In this document: piece by piece, positions 30,630-61,404 of the stretch | Numbering within the stretch: position 1 is the first letter of the stretch | How the letters are laid out: each line of letters starts with the position of its first letter | Assembly (NCBI RefSeq): GCF_009914755.1 | Contig: NC_060934.1 | Direction: 5' to 3' (one strand) | Source of the DNA: the human T2T-CHM13v2.0 reference genome, Homo sapiens | Length of the DNA stretch: 64,000 nucleotides | The notes under the pieces: model-generated | The model's input: the letters and a program-made list of their open reading frames with translations, nothing else | Database searches by the model: none | What the model was told of the DNA's origin: nothing | Program-made: the position numbers and the translations under genes

Positions 30630-30780
30630 GTCATCTCCATCAAAGCAGGCATTATGATGTTCATTTTCTAAATAAGGAAATGAGAAAGTTAATTCATTTC
30701 CCTAAGGTCACAGAGCTCTGAGTAACTGAACTGGATTGGAAGCCCTCTCTGTGTGAGGCCAAGGCCTGAGCTGCTTTTCC
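30630..30780 (-). mobile_element. MIR fragment
   Basis: cattttctaaataaggaaatgag..gttaattcatttccctaaggtcacagagct. Confidence 0.7.
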
Positions 30781-30794
30781 CTTAATTGCAGGGT

Positions 30795-30885
30795 ACATGT
30801 GTGAGTGTGCATACATATGCACATGTGTGAGTGTGCATACATATGCACGTGTGTGTGTGTGCACTTGTGTGCATATGCGTGTACG
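30795..30885. repeat. Perfect 26-bp tandem duplication plus alternating purine-pyrimidine tract
   Basis: acatgtgtgagtgtgcatacatatgc x2 (30795-30846), then (GT)n-rich sequence. Confidence 0.9.
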
Positions 30886-31524
30886 GTTCCAATTTTATGA
30901 GTTTGTAAACTTTCTGTATCAAGTAGAATATACCCATCTGTCAGAGTAAGACAGGAGTAAAAATTGAATTAAATGAAAAGTAGGACTGCTAAGCAGGAGA
31001 CCAAATTCTCAGCACCAAATCTCAGGCCCAACACAGGCACCTCCCACCTACCACTGCCCACTCTGGGGCAGCCCAGAAACCCTGAGTTCATCAGGACAGA
31101 CCCTGGGAGACAGAGCACAGAACTGTAACCTGGGCTGGCGGAAACAACTCCTCCTCTGCCGATCCCCCAGCAAGGAGCCGGCTGCCCTCACCCCCACTTG
31201 CATTAGCTAACTTTTTCAAAAATGAATCAGAGTTTCAGATGAAGCTCCATAAAACCGTGGGCTGCTCTGAGACTGCAAATTGCTAGCAGATGTCTTTTTG
31301 GTTCGAGTACAGTCACATTCCTGCCAAGCATAAAAATGAGAGGTTAGAGAACAGATCATTTTATTATCACATAAGGAAAACCAGCCAATTAAGCCTTCAT
31401 GTTTTTCAGGTATATGTGGCATGGATTTTGAAATCTCCTTGCAAAAGGACCATATCTTTGATAGCTAAAAAAGGCCTTGGCTCTTCAAGGTGAAGTCCTT
31501 TGCATCTGAATTTTATTCATTTGA

Positions 31525-31844
<320 letters not shown>

Positions 31845-32459
31845 AAGGGTGTGTGTTTCTACATTTATTACCTATCAGGGCAGAGTGATTTTCTTTTAAG
31901 CTTTATTTAAACATGCTACAGGCCACTCTAACATACTTTATTATTAAAATTTCATCAGAGCCTGAACCATTTTCTTATTTGTTCTTGTTCTATAATCATA
32001 TGTAACAAATTATAGGATTTCAGCTGAAAGGTGATGTGTGTGTATATATGTATATGCTATAATTTTTCTTTTTGTGGGTGGTGGGTGGGGCTTTATGGTG
32101 CATATTTTTACTTATCAAGCTTAGAGTGTGTTTGTCACAAAATTTCCATTTTAAGAGTACTTACTAGTCTGATTAAACACTTGTAAAAATGTCAATGGTC
32201 AATAACCTTTTAAATGAATCAGCTGAGCTTGACTAGGATGAGCTTAATTTAGCAATTAGCCTGGCCAAATTGTCTGTTATTATACAAGAAAAGTTTATAA
32301 TAAAGTACATGCCTCAGTATAATAACTTTTGCCAGGCACAGTAAATCAAAAACCATACGTCTGCTGAGTCAGCTCCAACTGCAGGGACGGCAGCTAAAAA
32401 TGTCTCTGACTTACAATGAAATTTGTATCCTCAATGTTTAACATTAAACCTAAAGACAA

Positions 32460-32760
32460 GGCCAGGTGCCGTGGCTCACACCTGTAATCCCAGCATTTTG
32501 GGAGGCTGAGGCCGGGGGATCACGAGGTCAGGAGATCGAGACCATCCTGGCTAACACGGTGAAACCCCCGTCTCTACTAAAAATACAAAAAATAAGCCAG
32601 AAGTGGTGGCGGGCGCCCATAGTCCCAGCTACTCGGGCGGCAAAGGCAGGAGAATGGTGTGAACCTGGGAGGCAGAGCTTTCAGTGAGCCGAGATCGTGC
32701 CACTGCACTCCAGCCTGGGCTACACAGCGAGACTCCATCTCAAAAAAAAAAAAAAAAAAA
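32460..32760 (+). mobile_element. AluY-like with perfect 14-bp TSD
   Basis: AluY diagnostics; TSD aaacctaaagacaa at 32446-32459 and 32761-32774. Confidence 0.95.
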
Positions 32761-33132
32761 AAACCTAAAGACAAACACTGCAAGTTCAAGAATACCAGCA
32801 GAGTTATATTTTCTCAGTGCAGTTCAAATCCATGAATCTGCTAGCTTCTTTGTGGTAGGAGACTATGAAGCTCATAGGGGGAAAAAACTGGCCATATTTC
32901 TGAATAGTGAATTCAGCTAGAAACCAGCAGGCCTATAACACTTGTTTTTGTTTGGCTACACATGGCCCTGAGCCACAAAACATTGCAGAGCAGCCCGGGA
33001 GCTGCTACAAATGAACTCTGCTGCCCACCCCCTGGCAACCCCATGACATTTTCATCCTGAGGCTGTAAGTGTTTTGATGCTTCTCTGGTCTTGATCATAC
33101 AACCCTTCATCACTCAGAGCTGAATCTCTTAG

Positions 33133-33938
<806 letters not shown>

Positions 33939-34133
33939 TAATCAATCAACCAATCAGTCAATCAGTCAATCTGTGTTTACGGAGCGTCTGCCAAGTGTCC
34001 AGCCCTTGCTCTCTAAATACCATCTCTGGAGATATAAAATGAGTGAGCAGAATGGAAGTCCAAAGCATCACTATGAAACAGAAAACAGTATCTGCTGACT
34101 TTCCATCAACAGCCTAACTCAAAAATAGCACAA

Positions 34134-36839
<2,706 letters not shown>

Positions 36840-37079
36840 CTACAGAAATAGTACTAACATTTTCAGGAAAGTCACCTACTAATGATCTAATGATGTCTGC
36901 TTGCCTCCTTATGCCAGGCTGAAAACTTGTTTTACTTTTCCTGATAAAAAATATGCAGGAAAAGTCTTCATTTCCTGAAGGTCTTCTCGCCAGTCTGCCA
37001 TGAACACTCTGAGATGCAAACGACTCTGTGCCCAGAAGAAGCAAATCTCACAACTAGTGGTTCCCTGGCCAGTCACATT

Positions 37080-38754
<1,675 letters not shown>

Positions 38755-39701
38755 AGAAGTTGCATTTGATGGCAGAGAGAGATACTACCTGGAAATCATC
38801 ATATCCACACAACAAGTAGCATCTTTAATTTAAATGTAAATGTGATTTCTTTGCAGCTTGGTTCAATTCCATTCAGGCCCTGAAACTGTTAGTCAAAATC
38901 AACTTGTTGAGCAGAGTTACATGTTCTGAGTTTCAATACTGCAATGTAAGAAAGAAAACAAGGACAGATTGATGATTTCAGGACAGCATCTGAGTTTACT
39001 CATTCCACATTAGAGCTGTGTGAAGATTGCCTCGGAGTGGCACAGTGTTGATGTTTCTGCCTGTGTTTAATTTCTTGATTTCACGAACAGCTTGGATTTT
39101 TTTTAAAGTGCTTCTGACTCATTCACATGTGGTTGCCTGACATAAGCCCACACACCATTTGCTCACAAATATGTCAATGACTGAATCCACCAAGAGCCTC
39201 GACCTGAGAAACCTGGGCCTAGATTACTGAGAGGATCTGTGGCTGCTTGTATATAGTCTTTCTCCCCATCAGCTCCATGATTCAGTATCATAGTTAATAT
39301 GGAATTCTCCCTTGTTAACATGAAAATCGCTTTGGCAAAGTGTTATGTTTGTATGCAGAGCTTGGAGTTAATGTCAGGAATTTCATTTTCTTTTTTTTTT
39401 ATTTTTATTTATTTATTTATTTATTTATTTTTAGAGAGATGGGGTCTTGTTATGTTGGCCAGGCTTGTCTTGAACTCTGGACCTCAAACAATCCTCCTAC
39501 CTCAGCCTCCCCAAGTGCTGAGACGACAACCGTGAGCCACCGCACCTGGCCTTCTTTTTCTTCTAAATGCTGAAGTTAGATTCTACAGGGACCTAAAGGG
39601 AGTGTTAGTCCAAAGTCTTCTTTGCCCCTCAAAGATACTCTTTAAAAATCCAGTTCTTATCCTCGTAACTCATAAATACCAGACAGACGCAAGGTGCAGG
39701 A

Positions 39702-40160
<459 letters not shown>

Positions 40161-40162
40161 GC

Positions 40163-40480
40163 TTTTTTGTTTGTTTGTTTTTTGTTTTTGTGGTTTTTTG
40201 CTTTTAGAGACAGGGTCTTACTCTGTTGCCCAGGCTGGAGTGCAGTGGCACCACCATAGTTCACTGCAGCCTTGAACTGGACTCAAAAGATCCTCCCTTT
40301 TCAGCCTCCCAAGTAGCTGGGAGGGACTACAGGTGCACGCCGCCAAACCCAGCTCATTAAAAAAAAAAAAAATTTGTAGAGATAGGATCTTGCTATGTTG
40401 CCCAAGCTGGTCTTGAACTCCTGGCCTCAAGTGATCCTCCTGCCTTGGCCCCCAAAGCACTGAGATTACCACACTTGGCC
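40163..40480 (-). mobile_element. AluJ-like
   Basis: Reverse Alu. Confidence 0.9.
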
Positions 40481-40789
40481 TCAAACAGCCCTCCTTGTCC
40501 CTGTTAGTCTAGTAACCTCGTCTAATAACTGTACCTCGTGTTTATTGACTCTCAGGGAATTGCATCCTCTTTGGAGACGATCTCATGTCTATGACTTGAG
40601 TTAAGCATCAGAGATGTTCTCTTTTCACGGAGCTAATAGTCCATTACTGGCAACTGACATTAAAAACATGACCCACACCCACCTCTGGGGAAGAGCTGCC
40701 CTGGCACTTGGCAGCCTCCCGGGAAAGGTAGTTGGGGTGAGGGTGTCACCCCCAGAAGGAGGTGGTGAAATGAAGCATCCACATCATAC

Positions 40790-41880
40790 AGTGGCGACCA
40801 GAGGAGGAGAGCTTCCTATATTCCCGGACCCCAGCCGTGCCTCAATGAGCAGAGTTCTTACTGGAGCCGCAGAAGCGTATTAACCTCGCGACCCCATGAC
40901 TTGCACAGAAGCGGGTTCTTTCTCCACACTCCCTGCCTCCGTGGGCGACCGCCTTCATCCTTAATATCCAACGTGACATGAAATATCTACAATAGCAACC
41001 AAATCACTGACACCAGATGCGATGTCAAATGCTCTGCATTACCCAAACAGCTGAATCGGGGCCGCCATCCGCACTTCCAGCTTCAGCCCTGGAAAACCAC
41101 CCTGTAGGGTGCACTGGGGCTGCGGCTGCAGCTGTTACCTGGCAGCTTAGCTCAGGGAGCCCTCTCCTCTGCCCTTCCGGGCTGGCCAGGTTAGGGGCTC
41201 TCTGAGACAGTGACCCCCGGAGGCTCCTTTTCAGCTGCTGTCCTTTGTGTAGCATCAGTTGCTCTCCAGGGTTCACCACCTCCTGAGAGGACTTCACAGC
41301 TGCTCCGGGAAAGAACCACTCCCTCCTTGCCCTTTCTTCTCATTTCATTTTCCTGAGAAGTCAGAGCCATTCACCGCTCACTGCATAATCAGTTTTATCA
41401 AGATACTAATGAATTTAAGAGGCTTATTTGTCCCCTTGGATGTCGCTAAATGCCCACTGCTCAGAAATACAGCTGTGTCATCCTCCCTCAATTTCCATCC
41501 GCACTGAAGCTATGACGGAGCAGGAGCTTTGTTTTGCTTGGGGCAGCTGCCACTCTGTGACACACATCAAAGGGTGTGCGCTTCCACCCGCATCTCCCAG
41601 GCGCGCAGTAAGTGGCATTTCAGGGAGTTTGATGGAACCATCTGAGTAAGTACTTGTGTTTAATGAGATTCATTCTTCATGTGTTCCCACTAGCCGCAAG
41701 ACGGTTTTGCATTTACCGGAATTGTAACACCATAACACTCCATTTTAATGACGGCCGGTGGCAGCTGGCACCCCAGTTCACAGCACCAACTTTTTGTTAA
41801 TGATATGCAATTGGAATATATTTATCCCCTATTGAGAGATGGGAGCACAGCAGCCAATTGGCTTGTGCTTGTCTGACTTA
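40790..41880. promoter_or_regulatory. Candidate enhancer (E-box cluster plus TCF/LEF, SOX and homeobox motifs)
   Basis: Repeat-free and CpG-enriched; 7 CAGCTG; ACATCAAAGG at 41564-41573. Motif-based inference only. Confidence 0.45.
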
Positions 41881-42194
41881 AGCATAAGGATCAGAGTAAC
41901 AAGGACCCAGTTTTCATGACCTGTTATCTTTTGCTACGTCCCAGGTCCCGAGAGCCTTGAAGACTCATAAATCCCCACTGAAGATCATGAGCCTGAGCAT
42001 CTGAGAAGCAGCCAGGACTTTGTTCCTAATTATTTGCAAAAACAGGCTCCTTAGGCTTGCATCAGAAGTCCTTTGGAATAAAATCAGACCTCAGGAGGAT
42101 GCCTACAGGTAGGAAGAACATGAAGAAATTTCATTCATTTATTTATTCACTCAATAAACAAATTCAAACAATAAACAATAAAGAAGCAGGCTGG

Positions 42195-43223
<1,029 letters not shown>

Positions 43224-43477
43224 TCATTATAAAGACTGCAGTCATTATCTATAGAAAATGAAAAGGAAAAGAAAGAAAAAGAATTGAAAACAAAAAGTGA
43301 AAAGGGAAAGAAAAAGAAAAATAAATAAAAAGTGAAAGAAAAAGAAAAAAATCGTCCATAATACCATCACCAAAAATAGCTTCCATCAAATATTGGTTAG
43401 AGACATACATGTGTTTGCATGTGTTTACATGTGTTTGCATGTGTTTATATTTTTCCCACAAAAGGGTGAGCATACAG

Positions 43478-43903
43478 TATATCTCAGTCTGTTTGTCTTG
43501 CTACAAAGGAAAATCAGACTGGGTAATTTATAAAGAAGAGAGATTTATTTGGCTGGCAGTTCTGCAGGTTGTACAAGAAGCATGGTTCCAGCATCTGCTT
43601 CTAGGGAGGCCTCAGGAAGCTTCCACACATTGGGGAAGGTGAGGAGGAGCCAGTGTGTGCGGAGATCACATGGCAAGAGAGAGCGCAAGGGAAAGAGAGG
43701 GGAGGCACCAGGCTCTTCTTAACAGCCAACTCTTGAGGGAATTAAGAGTGAGAACTCACTCAAACCCCCCACCCCAGGGAAGGGATTAATCTATCCATGA
43801 GGGTCCCACTCACATGACCCAAACACTTCCATTAGACCCACCCACAACACTGGGATCAAATTTCCACATGAGGTTTGAGGGAGGGACAAACATCCAAACT
43901 GAC
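43478..43903 (-). mobile_element. MSTB-like MaLR solo LTR
   Basis: gactgggtaatttataaagaa...catgaggtttgagggagggacaaacatccaaact is reverse MSTB. Confidence 0.85.
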
Positions 43904-44120
43904 ACCCTCCATTTTGTTCTATATCTTCTGTTTACGTTTACTTTCTCTCCCATGCCACTTAACATCTGCACAGTCATTTAGAATTGTGGGATCATTGCCT
44001 AGTTTTCCATGGAATAGATGTAGCATAAATAACTTTACCTAACTCCTGAAAGAAAAAGAATGTCAGGGTGAGGGTAGAGTTTGTTATTCTGTGTTGCTTG
44101 GTCAGAATGCCTGACTGAAA

Positions 44121-44864
<744 letters not shown>

Positions 44865-45194
44865 TCATGCTGCTCTCTGGAGGAAGCCTGTTTGGGGTGG
44901 GAGGACAATGCCAAGGGCCCTAAGGCAGGACTATGCTTGGAATGTCCAAGAAAGAGCAAAGAGGCCACAGGCGAGGAGGTGAGACTATAGGAGACAAGTT
45001 CAGAGAGGGAGTAGAGGCCGAGTGATACAAGACTGTGACCAGCGTCAGGTTGTGGGCTACTGCTGGGTGGAGGAGAAGCCAACAGTTTTACACAGAAGAC
45101 AGACATGCCCGATTACATCTTAATGGGCTCCCCAGCTTCTGTGTTACCATAGACTACCGTGGGCAAGGGCAGGACAGAGAGACCCGTCAGGAGC

Positions 45195-45563
45195 TGTACT
45201 AGTCTGCAAGGGCTGCCATAACAAGATACTGCGGCCTGGGCAGCTTCAGCAACAGACATTTGTGTTCTTACAGTTCTGAGACTAGAAGTCTCAGATCAAG
45301 GTGTCAGCTGGTTTGGTTTCACCAAGGGCCTCTCTCCTTGGCTTGTGCACAGCCACCTTTGTGCTGTGTCCTCACATGGCCTGTCCTCTGTCTGTGCACC
45401 CCTGTGTCTCTTCCTCTTCTAAGAACAACAGTCGTATTGGATCACGGCTCCACCATTATCATCTCCTTTCACTTCTTTAAAGGCACTATCTCCAAATATA
45501 GTCATGCCAGGGATTAGGGCTTCTGCATATGAATTTTGGGAGGACATAATTCAGTTCATAACA
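45195..45563 (-). mobile_element. MLT1A/MLT1A0 MaLR solo LTR inside an L2 relic
   Basis: tgtactagtctgcaagggctgccataacaa...catatgaattttgggaggacataattcagttcataaca; TG..CA ends. Confidence 0.85.
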
Positions 45564-45944
45564 GGAAGTGACTGCACTAACCCCAACAAGAGAGGACTGT
45601 GCTTGGACCCTGGTCTTACCAGTGGAGATGGTGAGAAGGAGCTGGGTTTCAGCTCTTTTTCTGAAGGCTGAATGAGACAGAACCATTTTTGTCCCAGCAT
45701 TCGTGAGTATCAAGAATGAGTGGAAGGAAGACATTAAATTGTGAATGCTAGAAAAAAGAGTAGTGAAAGGGTCAGGGGGCTGGAAGGAATTTTCTTTTAG
45801 CTCCTCTGTTTTTTAGCCTCTTAAAACAAGCCTGTAGTGCAGTCTAACTGAAAGAAAGTAGAAATATGAAGGCATTTTTATTTTAATATAAAAATTTATT
45901 TAAAAGCCTTTAGCTCTTGAAATTTAAAAGTACAATTAAAAAAT

Positions 45945-46480
45945 AAAGAAAGGCATTTTGTTAGCTTTTTATTGAAATATAATAAACTTTCAGTAACATG
46001 CACGTATCTTAAGTATACAGCTCAATGAGATTTTACATATGTACACACTCATGTAACCACCTCTCATGTCAAGATATAGAACATTTCCAGTTATCTGGAA
46101 GCTTCACTCATTGCCCTCTCCCAATCAAGAGCTCCCCAGAGGTAACCACTATCTTGATTCTAACAATATGAATTGGTTTTACCTATTCTTGTACTTTGTA
46201 TAAATGGAATCAAGTGATGTGTATTTTTGTGTGTGCATCTTACTCTTTTCACTCAACATTATGCATATGAAGTTTATCCATGCTGTTTCATGCAGCTAAA
46301 GTTCATTCACTTTATGGGTGGGTTAGTATTCCGTTGTATAAATAGACCACAATTTACTTATCTCTTTTATTTCAGATGAAGAGTTGAGTTGCGTTCACCT
46401 TTTAACCATTATAATGTAAGTACAGTTTCAATAAAAATATCTATGTATGTCCTTTTGTTAGGCATATGAACTCATTAGGA
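45945..46480 (-). mobile_element. L1ME 3'-end fragment
   Basis: tcttaagtatacagctcaatgagattttaca..catgtaaccacc..tcaagatatagaacatttcca. Confidence 0.8.
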
Positions 46481-46770
46481 AAAGCATTTCTTCTCATCAA
46501 GTAAGAAATAGTTCCCTTTCTCAATTAAAAAGTAGTCCCTTTTCTGGCTGGGTGCAGTGGCTCACACCTGTAATCCCAACACTTTGGGAGGCCAAGGCGA
46601 GTGGATCACATGAGGTCGGGAGATCAAGACCAGCCTGGTCAACATGGTGAAACCCTGTCTTAATTAAAAAAAAAAAAATTAAAAAAGTAGTCTCTTTCCT
46701 TCTCTCTGTCCAGAATCTTGTTAACAACAAAAATGAACACTTTAGGACTCCTCAAGCATGATCACTTTCA

Positions 46771-46890
46771 GGATGGTGCTGGAGCTAGTTCATCCAAGCT
46801 CAGGAGAGCCCATTGTTAAGTTTTCAGGAATCTTGCAAACTGAATGCTAACCACAGACTTTATTAAAAGTAGATTTATATGCATTTCAAT
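46771..46890 (+). mobile_element. MER63-like hAT-Blackjack fragment
   Basis: gtgctggagctag..gagagcccattgttaagttttcaggaatcttgc. Confidence 0.6.
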
Positions 46891-46894
46891 TAAT

Positions 46895-51570
<4,676 letters not shown>

Positions 51571-51613
51571 TAAAGAACCTTCTCCGGTGTCACTAAGAAA
51601 CCCTAGAGAAATA

Positions 51614-52710
<1,097 letters not shown>

Positions 52711-52729
52711 CAAAAAGTACTATTTCTGA

Positions 52730-53740
<1,011 letters not shown>

Positions 53741-54426
53741 CGTTCTTATGTTTTCAGTTTTCTTGTTGCTGTGGCAGAATGACATCAGGCACAAACAGCT
53801 GAACTGCAGCCTGGATTCCCATCTCTGCTGGCTCTCCTGTCCTAAAGCCTAACATCCCTGAGTGCCTTCTGGCAACCTGAACATGGTGGAGCTGTGGCGT
53901 CCTTCTCCCTGATTTTTATTGCAAGGCAGCAAGCAAGACACAGTCAGTAATTACCTCCCGGGTAATTGCACAACTTTTGTGTTGTGCCTCACAAGCCTGG
54001 TCTCCAGCCACTTACATACGTGCAGGATGGAGAGTCTACGTGATGGGATCTGCCAACCCAAAGGGCATGATTGGAAGATAACCGGCTGGGTTGTGCCAGA
54101 GTTTTGTTTTGTGATCTCCCAAGGACACAGCCTTCAGAGAGTTAGAACCAAAAGATCTTAAAAAGCCTTGATATTTGCATAACGAACACTGTTTGTCTCA
54201 AATGTTTGGAATAAGTCTGTAGATAGAACACACCAGATTATTATTGTGTTTCTAGAGAAGAAACACATGGAAGTTAATTATGACTATGTAAAATTAAAAG
54301 TACCCTGCTGAAAGGTGACAGGGAGGGTGAGGGAGGTAGAGAGAGGTGGAGCCCGGAGCTGTTGCTTTTCATGAAGATTTTCTGTGCAGTTTGGATTAAA
54401 TAATAATAATAATAATAATAATAGAG

Positions 54427-55319
<893 letters not shown>

Positions 55320-55788
55320 AAGCTGTTTGGCTTTTTAAAACCAGGTGCATGTAGCAATTTTGTCACAATTTTGACAAAATTAAGCGATATACTAAAAGAT
55401 AATTAAACAATTCATTTACACCCACCCACAGTCATATAGCATTAAACAGAAAGCAACCTTTGGAGTCTGGGGACTGTATTCAAGGTGCTCTGTAAACATC
55501 CATTATATTCTGCTCTTATTCCTTTGCTGCCATTGAAGGTTGAAGTCACACCAGTTACTCAGCAGTCTGTTTGAGAACGTGTTCAGAAATGAGCAGAGAC
55601 ATTCATCAAGAGAAGCACATTTGACGGGGTGAGCTGGAGTCCATCAGACCTCACAACCAAGGGCTGGCAGGAGCTGAGCCCAAAGACCGGCCTCTCCAGA
55701 ACCATCTTTCCGCCAAGTGAGAGGCTGGGAGGCAGCGTGGATTTGTCACACAAGCGCATTGTATTTTCTGGCCTTAAAGGAAGAAGCC

Positions 55789-56095
<307 letters not shown>

Positions 56096-56629
56096 AAGCT
56101 GGGGTTAATTTCTGGGCTGGAGCAAATAGATGCATGGCAGCCGCAGACTGGGCCAGTTGAGGATACCCCTCACCAAAGGTCAGGCAGCCCCCTGGCTCTT
56201 CCATCCTCTTTGTCAGAAAGAGTATTTTTTGTGATCTTCTAGAATTTTAGATGTGTTCTGCAGAAGGCTCTTCCTGAAGGAGAGGATTCTGAAGCAAAAG
56301 CTGTCCACGGTCTCCGGTCTCCGCAGGGGATATTAGAACATGGTGTTCTAATAACAGTCCTTGGCTGCAGCCCGAGAGCTGTCAGGCTTCCTCCTGGGGA
56401 TCAGGGTGCAGTTGGCGGGAAGATGAAGCAGGCTTGGAACCGGAATGCTTTCTACAGGCATCCTGGGAATGTGCTCTCAGCAGGCCACTCCGGGCACTGG
56501 GGACACATGGAACCGCTGCTTTTCTGGGTTAAGTTTCCTTTTTCTACAGGTAAGTCCCAAGAAGACCACCGAGACTGTCAGAATCCCACAGACTTTTTCT
56601 CCAAGGGATATTCAATCCCAAATGAATAG

Positions 56630-56860
<231 letters not shown>

Positions 56861-57119
56861 TAAACCCAAGTGTTTCAACTAATTTGTTTTAAAAAGCATC
56901 CTTTAATATGCCCAACCTTTACTTTTTTAAAAATACTGCTATAATGTTGTTTTTCCTTAAGGTTTATAAACACAGCATTCAAGAAGTTTCTTTTCCTTGT
57001 ACGATTTTGTCTACAATAAAGAGCATGCTGCTCGGGGTGATCATGTGGTTCAAACTGCCTGGATTCAGCCAGATGTGGGGCAAATTAAAAGAGAGATGAT
57101 GCTTTTTAGAGTAAAAAAC

Positions 57120-58520
<1,401 letters not shown>

Positions 58521-58695
58521 AGAGAGACGGACAGAGAGAAAGAGAGAGAACAATCCCTGCCCTCCTTGAACCAAGGCTTTCACCTTCTAGTGGCAGAAGA
58601 CAGGTAGGAAATAAACAAACAAGCAAACCACAATATTAGATGGCATCAGTGCTATGGGAAAGAACAAAACAGGGAAAGGAGAGGAAGCCTGTGTG

Positions 58696-58745
58696 GGCAT
58701 GCGGGTGTGTGTGTGTGTGTGCGTGCGTGCATGCATGTGTGTGTG
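58696..58745. repeat. (GT)n/(GC)-rich alternating tract
   Basis: gtgtgtgtgtgtgtgtgcgtgcgtgcatgcatgtgtgtgtg. Confidence 0.85.
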
Positions 58746-59052
58746 ATGGTGAGGTGGGATGGAGGGGCTGCAATTCCAAGTAGGGGGTAGTCAGATAAGG
58801 TTTTGCTGAGGACAACATTTGAGCCCAGGTGGGAGGGACACAGCTACGTGCAAATCTGGGTATGAAACAGCTGGAAGGCCCGCATGACAGGAGTGGAGTG
58901 AGAGAGTTGGAGTTGGAGGTGGTTGGGGAAGTGGAGGGGGTGGGGAAAGCAGGATCACGCTGGGGGAGGGGAGCACAGACAAATCCTACCAGGCCCTGTA
59001 GGCCATTTCCCAAAGAGGATGACTTTTCTCTGGGTAAGATAGGGTGTTCTAA

Positions 59053-59384
<332 letters not shown>

Positions 59385-60266
59385 TAGCATTAAAAGCACT
59401 GTTCTGGGCCAGGCTCCGTGGCTTGCACCTATAATCCCAACACTTTGGGATGCTGAGGCAGGGAGATCGCTTGAACCCAAGAGTTTGACATCAGCCTGGG
59501 CAACATAGGGAGACGCTGCCTCTACAGAAATAGAAATTTAAAAAATCAGCCGGGTGTAGTGTTGTGCACCTGTAGTCCTAGCTACTCAGGAGGCTGGGGT
59601 GGGAGGATCACTTGAGCCCGGGAGGTTGAGGCTGCAGTGAGCCGGGATCATGTTATTGCATGCTAGCGGTGGCAACAGAGCAAGACCCTGTCTTAAAAAA
59701 AAAAAAAAATGCTGGCCGAGCGCGGTGGCTCACACCTGTAATCCCAGCACTTTGGGAGCCTGAGGCAGGCGGATCACGAGGTCAGGGGATTAAGGCTATC
59801 CTGGCTAACACGGTGAAACCCCATCTGTACTAAAAACACAAAAAATTAGCTGGGCGTGGTGGCGGGCACCTGTAGTCACAGCTACTCGGGAGGCTGAGAC
59901 AGGAGAATTGCTTGAACCCGGGAGGCGGAGGTTGCAGTGAGCACCAAGATCGCGCCACTGCACTCCAGCCTGGGTGACAGAGCGAGACTCCATCTCAAAA
60001 ATAAAATAAAATTAAAATTAAAAAAAAGCACCGCTCTGCTCTGCTGCTGTTTTGATAATAGAGCAGGCTTGAGAGTGTAGAATCCAAAGCTGGGAGTTGA
60101 GCTAGGAGGTGTTTGCTGTAATCCAAGAAAGACCACAGCAGCCTGAATCATGTTGGTGATAAGTAGTAGAAAAAATCAGAATGAACGTAGACTTGACAGG
60201 ATTTAAATGTAAGATGTGAAAGAAAAAGAAGATTCAAGGATGATCCTACATTTTGGGCCCTGGCAA

Positions 60267-61399
<1,133 letters not shown>

Positions 61400-61404
61400 G
61401 CAAC

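Noticed and set aside
38857-38945. Exon-like segment (ttgcag| ... |gtaaga); similar at about 50320-50410
   Set aside because: Weak splice signals, stops in most or all frames, no known peptide
58578-58598. CTCF-like ccttctagtggcag
   Set aside because: Two mismatches at informative positions and L2-derived
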